32,000 nt of DNA, from the NCBI RefSeq assembly GCF_000284115.1, contig NC_017080.1:600001-632000 (forward strand), in the 5' to 3' direction. Position numbers and translations under genes: made by a program. The first letter of the stretch is position 1. Every line of letters starts with the position of its first letter. This DNA comes from Phycisphaera mikurensis NBRC 102666 (GTDB lineage: Bacteria; Planctomycetota; Phycisphaerae; Phycisphaerales; Phycisphaeraceae). This document shows positions 14,439 to 22,717 of the stretch, in pieces. The notes below the pieces were generated by a model. It was not told where the DNA came from. It was given only the letters and a program-made list of their open reading frames with translations, and made no database searches.

Positions 14439-15974
14439 TCAAGAGCGACGCAGGGCCGCGGCGGCCTCCTCGCGGTCGTCGAAGCGCAGCCGCCGGATCC
14501 CGCCGGCCCCGTCGGAGACCAGCTGGTAGTCCTCGTGGCCCTTGCCGGCGATGAGCACGACGTCGCCGGGGCGTGCGCCGCGGACCGCCGCGGAAATCGC
14601 GGCACGCCGGTCGGGCTCGACGCTCAGCCGCCCGCGGTCCGCGGCCGCCGCGCCGGCGGCGGCGTCGTCGAGGATCCGCCGGGGGTCCTCGGTCCGCGGG
14701 TTGTCGCTGGTGAGCACGGCGGTGTCGGCGCCGGCGAGCGCCGCGGCGGTCATCAGCGGCCGCTTCGTGCGGTCGCGGTCGCCGCCGCAGCCGTACACGA
14801 CGATCAGCCGGCCGGCGGTTGCCGGCCGCAGCGCGGCGAGCACGCGCCCGAGCGCGTCGGGCGTGTGGGCGTAGTCCACGAGCACGCCGGGGAGGGCGGC
14901 CGGGTCGGCGTCCGCCGGCGGGGCGACGGGTTCGAGCCGCCCGGGCACCGGGGCGGCGGCGGCGAGCGCGGCGGCGAGGGCCGCGGGCGTCGCCGCGCCG
15001 GGGCGGCGGCGGGAGGCGACGGACCAGGCGGCGGCCACCGCCTGCAGCGCGTTGCTCACGTTGTGGAGGCCGCCGGTGGTAAGCGTCGCCTCGAAGCGCC
15101 CCCAGGGGCCCGCGAAGGCGGCGGCGGCGGAGGTGGCGCCCAGGGAAGCGACCGCCGCGGTGGCGTCGGCGCCCGCGGCGTCGGCGACCGAGGTGCGCAG
15201 CACGCGGTCCCGCGGCGCGGCGCCGGCGAAGCGGCTTGCGGCCGGATCGTCCGCGTTCACCACCGCCACGCCGTCGGCGGCGAGCTGCCCGAACAGCCGC
15301 GCCTTCGCGTCGGCGTAGGCCTCCATGGTGCCGTGGTAATCCAGGTGGTCACGCGTGAGGTTCGTGAACACGGCGGCGGCGAAGGACAGGCCCGCGGTGC
15401 GGCCCTGGTCGAGCGCGTGGCTGGACGCCTCCAGCGCCGCCGCGGCGAGGCCGTTGCCGCGCATCGCCGCGAAGTGGCGGCGCAGGCCGATCGCCCCCGG
15501 GGTCGTCAGCGTCGCGGGCGCCGGCCCGCCGCCGGTGTCGACGCAGACGGTGCCGAGCAGGCCGCACGGCACCCCGAGCGCCGCGAGCAGGTGCCGGGTG
15601 AGCGTGGCGACGGTGGTCTTGCCGTTGGTGCCGGTCACGCCGACGAGGGCGAGGCCGTCGGCGGGGCGGCCGAAGAGAGCGTCGGCGACGCGGCCGGCGG
15701 CGGCTTGGTCCAGCGGCCGTCCCGCCGGCATGCGGAACAGCGGGAGCCCGGCGCCGGCCCCGCATCCGGCCGGCACGACCGCCGCGGCGGCCCCGCCGGC
15801 CGCCGCCTCCGCCAGCCGATCCGGGCCCCCGGAGCCGCCTCCGCGCAGCAGGAACAGGTCGCCGGGCTCCAGCGTCCGCGTGTCGTCGCTCACGCCGGTG
15901 ACGCGGGCGCCGGCGGCGTCGCCGACGGGATCGGCGCCCGCCGCGGCGGCCAGCAAAGCGGCGTCGTGCTCCAT
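14439..15974 (-). CDS. murE: UDP-N-acetylmuramoyl-L-alanyl-D-glutamate--2,6-diaminopimelate ligase
   Basis: 511 aa from ATG 15974; the ORF runs on to 16892, but homology begins at MEHDAALL. Mur ligase P-loop VGVTGTNGKTT. LTTPGAIGL, EASSHAL, FTNLTRDHLDYHG and DYAHTPDAL are present. The DNPR motif (LTSDNPRTEDP) is typical of meso-DAP-adding enzymes. C-terminal VVLIAGKGHEDYQ. Confidence 0.93.
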   Translation of the reverse strand: MEHDAALLAAAAGADPVGDAAGARVTGVSDDTRTLEPGDLFLLRGGGSGGPDRLAEAAAGGAAAAVVPAGCGAGAGLPLFRMPAGRPLDQAAAGRVADALFGRPADGLALVGVTGTNGKTTVATLTRHLLAALGVPCGLLGTVCVDTGGGPAPATLTTPGAIGLRRHFAAMRGNGLAAAALEASSHALDQGRTAGLSFAAAVFTNLTRDHLDYHGTMEAYADAKARLFGQLAADGVAVVNADDPAASRFAGAAPRDRVLRTSVADAAGADATAAVASLGATSAAAAFAGPWGRFEATLTTGGLHNVSNALQAVAAAWSVASRRRPGAATPAALAAALAAAAPVPGRLEPVAPPADADPAALPGVLVDYAHTPDALGRVLAALRPATAGRLIVVYGCGGDRDRTKRPLMTAAALAGADTAVLTSDNPRTEDPRRILDDAAAGAAAADRGRLSVEPDRRAAISAAVRGARPGDVVLIAGKGHEDYQLVSDGAGGIRRLRFDDREEAAAALRRS

Positions 15975-16146
15975 CGCCGCAGCGTACGGAGCCGCCGGCG
16001 CCCGCCCGCCGGCCCGCCCGCCCGCCGGCCCGCCCGCCCGCCCGGCCGCGCCCAAGCCGCGGCCCGGAGCGGCCGATAACGCCCCGCCCTCCGCCGCCGT
16101 CCCCGCGGCCCGATGAGTCGGAGAGCGGGCCCGCTCGGCCCGGGGG

Positions 16147-17532
16147 GTGGAAGAGCCAAGCCCGATGCCGAACCGCAACCTCCCGAGCCCCGACCGCTCC
16201 AGCCGCTCCGGCCGCCCCGCGTCCCGTGAGCCCGCCCGCGCCGCCCCGCTGGACACGCTGCGGATGAGCCCCGAGGACAAGCAGAAGCTCGTCGCGTACG
16301 TGGAGTCGCGGGGCAAGGAGGTCGCCGACAACCGCCGCCGCCTCCGCGTCGACTTCCACGGCCGCAAGGTCTTCGGCCGGCTGAGCGTGGAGGAGGGCAC
16401 CGGGCCGCTGTGCTCGCTGGTCCCGCGGAACCTCTCGGTCCGCGGCTTCGCGTTCGTCCACGGCGTCTTCGTCAACGTGGGGATGCGTTGCCGGCTCACG
16501 CTGCCGATGCTCGGCGAGCGCTGGGGCGAGGTATCCGGCACCGTCAGCCGCTGCCGGCACCTCCAGGGGATCGTGCACGAGGTTTCGGTGACCTTCGACG
16601 GCGAGATCGACCTCGCCGACTTCGTCCACCTCACGCCCGGCCAGAAGCGGCGGATCGAGGAGGAGGCGCTGGCCGGTGCGGCAACCCGCCAGCCCGAGCC
16701 CCAGACCGCGCCCGAGACCAAGCCCCGGACCGAGCACGCACCCGAGCACGAGCCCGGGCCCGCGGCCGCCACCGCGCCGCCGCCGGCGGCGGGCGCCCGG
16801 GTGATGCTGGTCGATCCCGACGCGACCTCGCGGTCCCGCACGGAGGCGGCGCTGGCGGCCGCCGGGCTGCGGGTGCAGGCTTTCGGCACCAACCACGCGG
16901 CGCGCGCGTCGTGCGAGGCCGCGCCCCCCGGCGACGAGGGGCCGGCCGCGATCCTGCTCTGCGGTCACCCCGGCCCCCAGCGGTCCGGCGTCGCGGAGCT
17001 GCGCTTCGACCCGGTCGCGCTCGCCGGGCACCTGCGCCGCCGGGGCCTCACCAGCCCGATCCTGCTCCTCCTGAGCGAGGGGCAGGAGGCCGCCACCGTG
17101 CAGCGCCGGGCGGCGATGGCGGGGGTGACCGAGCTCGTGCCCGCCGGCAGCGACCCGGTGCGGCTGGCGGAACGGGTCGTCGCCCAGGCCCGCCACTCGG
17201 CGGCGAGCCGCGGCCTCGACCCGCTCCGCAGCACGCGCACCGCGGGCCCCGAGGTCGCCGCCTTCGCCGCCTCCGCCGCGGGCTACCGCGAGCGGCTCCG
17301 GCGGCCGGGCACGGCCGAGCGGCCCGGCCTCCTGCGGGGCGCCTGCGAGGAACTCACCGTCACCGCGGTGCAGGCGGGCTTCGCGGCCGTCGCCACCGCG
17401 GCCCACGCCCTGCAGGCCGCGGCCGACGACGCGGCGGCGGGGCGGCCGGGTGTCCAGGCCGCGATCGACCGCCTCGACGGCCTGCTCCGCCGGGTCGAGG
17501 CCGCGTACCCGCGCGACCGCCGGGCGGCGTAG
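16147..17532 (+). CDS. PilZ domain protein with degenerate receiver-like and Hpt-like C-terminal regions
   Basis: 461 aa from GTG 16147 (alternative ATG 16165). Canonical PilZ c-di-GMP motifs: RxxxR (RRRLR, aa 63-67) and (D/N)xSxxG (NLSVRG, aa 95-100). After a Pro/Glu linker comes a CheY-like pattern (ARVMLVDPD ... AAILLCGHPG ... PILLLLSEG ... ELVPAG) that lacks the phospho-acceptor Asp and the conserved Lys. A C-terminal four-helix-like segment (LLRGACEELTVTAVQAGFAAVATAAHALQ) resembles Hpt but has no His at the canonical position. Confidence 0.72.
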   Translation: MEEPSPMPNRNLPSPDRSSRSGRPASREPARAAPLDTLRMSPEDKQKLVAYVESRGKEVADNRRRLRVDFHGRKVFGRLSVEEGTGPLCSLVPRNLSVRGFAFVHGVFVNVGMRCRLTLPMLGERWGEVSGTVSRCRHLQGIVHEVSVTFDGEIDLADFVHLTPGQKRRIEEEALAGAATRQPEPQTAPETKPRTEHAPEHEPGPAAATAPPPAAGARVMLVDPDATSRSRTEAALAAAGLRVQAFGTNHAARASCEAAPPGDEGPAAILLCGHPGPQRSGVAELRFDPVALAGHLRRRGLTSPILLLLSEGQEAATVQRRAAMAGVTELVPAGSDPVRLAERVVAQARHSAASRGLDPLRSTRTAGPEVAAFAASAAGYRERLRRPGTAERPGLLRGACEELTVTAVQAGFAAVATAAHALQAAADDAAAGRPGVQAAIDRLDGLLRRVEAAYPRDRRAA

Positions 17533-17613
17533 CGCACCACGGGCGAGCGCGGCGGAGCGACGATCCGGTTCCCGGACGCGGCCACGCCCGCACGCCCGCA
17601 CGCCCCGCGGCGG

Positions 17614-18669
<1,056 letters not shown>

Positions 18670-18763
18670 CGGTTCAGCGTAAAGCCGGCGACGCTCGCCG
18701 CCGCTCCGGAACGGGACCGCCGGGGCTTTACCCTTGCACCGTCTCCCCGCCGCCTCGCCGCCC

Positions 18764-19678
18764 ATGCTCCCCCGGACCCAACCCCGCGACGTCGACCTCG
18801 AACGCCGGCGCGAACGCTCGGCCCTGCACCGCAACCGCATCTACGCCGATCCCGACGGCGTCCCGCTGCTGCTGGACCTGTACCGGCCGCCGGCCGACGC
18901 CCCCGTGCCGGTGGTGGTCTGGCTGCACGGCGGGGGTTGGAAGAGCGGCTCGAAGGACCACTGCGTCGTCCGCTGGTTCGTGCGGTACGGCTACGCCGTG
19001 GCGGCGGCGAGCTACCGGCTGCTGCCCCGGCACCGGCACCCCGCCCAGGCGGACGACGCCCGCGCCGCGGTCCGCTTCGTGCGGGCCCACGCGGAGGAAT
19101 GGGGCGTCGACCCGCGGCGGATCACGCTCGGCGGCGTCTCGGCGGGGGCGTACCTCGCCTGCCTCGTGGGCGTCACGCCCGGGCCGCTCGCGGCGGCCGC
19201 CGGCCTCGACGCCGGCCGGCCCGACGGCGTCGTCGAGCCGGTCCTCGCCGCGACCCGCCGCGTCGACGACCGCGTCGAGTCGGTCGTCAACGTGTCGGGC
19301 TTCACCGACTTCCCCGCGCTGCAGGGCCTCCCCAGCCGGCGCGCCGGCAAGGCCAGCCCCGAGTCGGCGCTGCTGGGCGTGGAGCCGCGGACGGTGCCGG
19401 AGCGCCTCGCGGCCGTCTCGCCGCTGACCCACGTCGCCGCCGCCGCCGAGGCCGGCGTGCTGCCCCGCTTCGTGCACGCCCATGGGGAGGCGAACCGCGT
19501 GATCCCGCCCGACCAGGCCCGGCGGCTGCACGCGGCGGTCCGCGCCGCCGGCGGCCGCAGCAAGCTGCTGGAGATGAAGGGGTCCGGCCACGGCGACCCG
19601 CGGCTGCTGTCCGAGGCCGGGGCCCGCGGCCGCATCGTCGACTTCCTGAACCTCGCCGAGGCCTTGCCGGCCGCGTGA
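18764..19678 (+). CDS. Alpha/beta hydrolase (esterase/lipase, HGGG-type)
   Basis: 304 aa from ATG 18764 (the ORF opens at TTG 18734). Oxyanion-hole motif VVVWLHGGGW. Nucleophile elbow GxSxG (LGGVSAGAYLA). C-terminal His region (EMKGSGHGD). Divergent from the kinase gene across a 94-bp spacer. Confidence 0.8.
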   Translation: MLPRTQPRDVDLERRRERSALHRNRIYADPDGVPLLLDLYRPPADAPVPVVVWLHGGGWKSGSKDHCVVRWFVRYGYAVAAASYRLLPRHRHPAQADDARAAVRFVRAHAEEWGVDPRRITLGGVSAGAYLACLVGVTPGPLAAAAGLDAGRPDGVVEPVLAATRRVDDRVESVVNVSGFTDFPALQGLPSRRAGKASPESALLGVEPRTVPERLAAVSPLTHVAAAAEAGVLPRFVHAHGEANRVIPPDQARRLHAAVRAAGGRSKLLEMKGSGHGDPRLLSEAGARGRIVDFLNLAEALPAA

Positions 19679-19731
19679 CCGTCGTTCAGACTGGGCCTAC
19701 CCTCCGGCCCCCGGCCGGCCGGGAGCCGCCC

Positions 19732-20235
19732 ATGAGCACCTTCGCCCGCTTCCCGAGCATCCCCCCGGCCTCCCCGGCCTCCCCGGCCGCCGCCGATCCG
19801 TCGCCCGCGGGGCCTGGGCGCCCCGCGCCCGCACGCCTGCGGCTGGTCGGCCGCCACGACGCCGCGCCCGGGCCCGCCGCGGCGCTCCCGCCCGAGCGGG
19901 TGAGCGAAGCCACCGACCCGCGCTGGGTGCTCGCCACCCGCACCGCCGCGCTGCTCGAGGGGCCGGTGCTCGTCCCCGAGAACCGGCGGCGGCTGCTCGC
20001 GGTGGGCGCGGCCGTGGGGCTGTCGCCCTTCGACACGGCGCTGGTCATCGCGATGGTCCAGGACCAGGCCCGCCGCGGCGTCCCGCTGCCGCACTGCCCC
20101 GCCGCCGCCGAGCCGCAGCTGCGCCACGTGCCCCGGCCGCGGGGCCGGAAGGTGCCGTGGCGCACCGTGGCCATCGGCTCGCTGCTCGCCCTCGCCGCGG
20201 AGGCGGCGCTGGCGGTCTGGTGGTTCACCGGGTGA
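19732..20235 (+). CDS. Hypothetical C-terminally membrane-anchored protein
   Basis: 167 aa from ATG 19732, 53 nt after the hydrolase stop. Pro-rich N-terminus, an ordered middle (DPRWVLATRTAALLEGPVLVPENRRRLLAVGAAVGLSPFDTALVIAMVQDQARRG) and one C-terminal TM helix (VAIGSLLALAAEAALAVWWF). No family recognised. Confidence 0.5.
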   Translation: MSTFARFPSIPPASPASPAAADPSPAGPGRPAPARLRLVGRHDAAPGPAAALPPERVSEATDPRWVLATRTAALLEGPVLVPENRRRLLAVGAAVGLSPFDTALVIAMVQDQARRGVPLPHCPAAAEPQLRHVPRPRGRKVPWRTVAIGSLLALAAEAALAVWWFTG

Positions 20236-20493
20236 CCCGGTGACCGCCGCCCGCCGCCCGCCGCCTTCCGTAGGTGCGTCTCGAGGTCGCGTCTGGAACC
20301 CGCTGGGCGTCGCTTGGCGGGAGGAGCCGCTGCCCGCTGTCGCTTGGGCCTCATCCGCATCCGCTGAACCTCGTGGGCGTTGGCACCCCCCATCGGATCG
20401 GCTTGTTCGCGCGGCTTGCCCGCCCGGATTGATCGGAGGTGGCGGATCCACCGTCTCCCGACGCGGCCGGGCGTGTGGGCTCTATCTTCGGCC

Positions 20494-21090
20494 ATGAGCC
20501 TGTACGGATCGAGCGTGGAGTACGGCCTGCACTGCCTGCTCACCCTGGTGCCGCTCTCGGAGGGCCCCGGCCAGCCGCCGGCGCTGCCCGCCAGCGACCT
20601 CGCCGACTTCCAGGGCGTCTCCCCGTCGCTGGTCCGCAAGGTCTTCACCAAGCTCGAGCGAGCCGGGCTGGTCGCCTCCGCCGAGGGCAAGGGCGGCGGC
20701 TTCCGCCTCGCCCGCTCCGCCTCGGACATCTCCGTGCTCGACGTCGTCGACGCGATCGAGGGGGACAAGCCGCTGTTCGATTGCAAGCAGATCCAGGGCA
20801 ACTGCGCCGTGCTCTCCGGCGACGTCGCCGCCGACGCCGCCCGCAGCATGTGCATGATCCACACGGTGATGCTCGAGGCCGAGCAGGCGATGCGGCGATC
20901 GCTGCGGAGCTACTCGCTCGCGCAGATGTCCAAGGGCATGACCGCCTCGATGCCGCCGCGCTACCTGCACAGCATGGAGAGCTGGTTCAACGACCGGCTC
21001 GCCGGGCGCCCCAACGCCCCGACGCTCGGCAACCGCTTCCTGCCCTCCGAGGAGGTCAAGACCAGCGCGAAGCGCAAGCGCCGGGCCTGA
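20494..21090 (+). CDS. Rrf2 (BadM/IscR/NsrR) family transcriptional regulator with C-terminal extension
   Basis: 198 aa from ATG 20494. Rrf2 N-terminus (SSVEYGLHCLLTL) and winged HTH (ASDLADFQGVSPSLVRKVFTKLERAGLVASAEGKGGGFRLARSASDISVLDVVDAIEG). Three Cys (FDCKQIQGNCAV ... SMCMIH). A ~50-aa tail ends in KTSAKRKRRA. Confidence 0.85.
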   Translation: MSLYGSSVEYGLHCLLTLVPLSEGPGQPPALPASDLADFQGVSPSLVRKVFTKLERAGLVASAEGKGGGFRLARSASDISVLDVVDAIEGDKPLFDCKQIQGNCAVLSGDVAADAARSMCMIHTVMLEAEQAMRRSLRSYSLAQMSKGMTASMPPRYLHSMESWFNDRLAGRPNAPTLGNRFLPSEEVKTSAKRKRRA

Positions 21091-21112
21091 GCGTCCGGCG
21101 GCGTCGGCGGCC

Positions 21113-22591
21113 TCAGCCCGCCGCCGTCGGCTCCAGCACCGCGTCGACGGCTCCGAGCAGAACGGCCAGGAGCCGGTCCGCCGTCGCCGCGTCGGTGTTC
21201 AGCGGCGGGAAGAGGTACATCGTGTCGACGAGCGGGCGGAGCAACGCGCCGCCGCGGACGGCCGCCCGGTAGACCGCGTAGCCCGTGCGGTCCGCGGGAT
21301 CCAGCGGGCCGCCGTCGGCGCGGCGGAGGTCGACGGCCGCCACCATCCCCAGCCGCCGGACGTGGGTGAGCGTCGGCCGGTCGGCCGCCGCCGCGAGCAG
21401 CCCGGCGTGCAGCCGGGCCCCCACGGCGTCGACGTTCTCGCGGACGCCCTCGGTCGCGTACGCGTCGAGCGCCGCGTGGGCCGCCGCGACCCCGAGCGCA
21501 TGGCCGGCGAAGGTGTTCGAGTGCAGGAAGGCCTTGCCCGTCTCGTAGCGGTCGTAGAAGAGCTCGTAGACCGCATCGGTCGTGACGACCATGCTCATCG
21601 GTCCGTACCCGCCGGAGAGCCCCTTGGAGAGCACGGCGAAGTCCGGGGCGGCGAAGCGCCCCGCCGATCGGTCGCGGGCGTCGGGCGGCGGCGCGAGGTG
21701 CGAGGCGAGCATCGGGCCCAGCCGCCCGAAGCCCGCGGCGATCTCGTCGGCGATGAGGTACACGCCGTTGCCGTCGGCCCATCGGCGGAGCCGCGTCAGC
21801 AGGTCCGGCGAGTAGAGCGTCATCCCGCCCGCCGCCTGCAGCACGGGCTCGTAGATGACCGCCGCGAGGTTGTGGCGGACGGCGTCCAGCGCCGCCTCCA
21901 CCGCGGGCCATTGCTCCGAGGCGTCGAGCCACCGCGGGTCGTCCGGCCCGGTGCGGGCTTCCGGCGCCGGCAGCTTCGTCACCGGCACCATCATCGGGCC
22001 GTGGGGGCTGACGTACAGGTCCAGGTCCGACACCGACATCGCGCCCGCCGTCTCGCCGTGGTAGCCGTTGCCCAGCGCCGCGAGCCGGGTCCGCTCCGGA
22101 CGCCCGCCCTGCTGCTGCGCCTGCAACGCCATCTTCAGCGCCACCTCCACGCCCGTGCTGCCGTTGTCGGCGAAGAAGCAGCGACCGAAGGGCCCCGGCG
22201 GCTTGCCCTCGGGCGCGTTGGGACCCCAGCGGTCGGGCCCGAGCCCGTTGCACGCGGCCAGCACCCGCTCGCACAGCGACACGATCGCCGGGCTCGTCGT
22301 GTTCGCCGTGATGACGTGCTCGTACGCCTGCGCCTGCGCCGCGACCGCCGCGGCCACGCCCCGGTGCCGGTGCCCCAGCGACTTGCACCACCAGCTGGAG
22401 ATCCCGTCGATCAGCCCCGAGCCGTCGGCCAGCGTGATCACGCTGCCCGAGGCCGACGCCACCTCCAGCGGCGGGAACGCCTCGTAGTCGTGCATCTGCG
22501 CGCACGGGTGCCAGAAGACCCGGTGGTCCCGGGCCTGAAGCGCCGTCCGCGGCGGCATCCGCGGACCGTCGGGGTTTTCAGCGTTTCTCAT
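21113..22591 (-). CDS. bioA: Adenosylmethionine-8-amino-7-oxononanoate aminotransferase
   Basis: Class-III aminotransferase with BioA signatures: RVFWHPCAQM, IDGISSWWCKSLGH, ADEIAAGFGRLG, and the PLP Lys in VLSKGLSGGYGPMS. ATG 22591 is the longest start. ATG 22558 (MPPRTALQARDHRVFWHP) aligns better with the short N-terminus of E. coli BioA and is equally plausible. Confidence 0.92.
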   Translation of the reverse strand: MRNAENPDGPRMPPRTALQARDHRVFWHPCAQMHDYEAFPPLEVASASGSVITLADGSGLIDGISSWWCKSLGHRHRGVAAAVAAQAQAYEHVITANTTSPAIVSLCERVLAACNGLGPDRWGPNAPEGKPPGPFGRCFFADNGSTGVEVALKMALQAQQQGGRPERTRLAALGNGYHGETAGAMSVSDLDLYVSPHGPMMVPVTKLPAPEARTGPDDPRWLDASEQWPAVEAALDAVRHNLAAVIYEPVLQAAGGMTLYSPDLLTRLRRWADGNGVYLIADEIAAGFGRLGPMLASHLAPPPDARDRSAGRFAAPDFAVLSKGLSGGYGPMSMVVTTDAVYELFYDRYETGKAFLHSNTFAGHALGVAAAHAALDAYATEGVRENVDAVGARLHAGLLAAAADRPTLTHVRRLGMVAAVDLRRADGGPLDPADRTGYAVYRAAVRGGALLRPLVDTMYLFPPLNTDAATADRLLAVLLGAVDAVLEPTAAG

Positions 22592-22606
22592 CGACGGTCC
22601 GCGGAT
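22557..22606. repeat. Perfect 15-bp inverted repeat (ATCCGCGGACCGTCG / CGACGGTCCGCGGAT) with 20-nt spacer at the bioA 5' end
   Basis: The arms are 22557-22571 and 22592-22606. The spacer is GGGTTTTCAGCGTTTCTCAT. The two candidate bioA start codons sit immediately inside the upstream arm (22591) and at the outer edge of the downstream arm (22558). The same 15-mer recurs at 6909-6923. Confidence 0.8.
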
Positions 22607-22717
22607 CCGGGTCGTTCAAGCGGGAAGAGAAGTCGATCCGGCCCGCGACGCCGCGGGCTCGCGCGGACGCGGAGCAGGGGGCGGACGCCCACGCGGTCGG
22701 TGCGCGGCGGCACCCGC

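Noticed and set aside
15975-16892. N-terminal extension of the murE ORF (14439-16892, 817 aa)
   Set aside because: Similarity to MurE begins at MEHDAALL (ATG 15974). The upstream 306 codons are Ser/Arg/Pro/Ala low complexity and overlap the well-supported PilZ gene on the other strand.
20381-20396. Sigma-54-like -24 element TGGCAC upstream of the Rrf2 gene
   Set aside because: The expected -12 element (TTGCW after a 5-nt spacer) is absent; the sequence reads TGGCAC-CCCCC-ATCGG.
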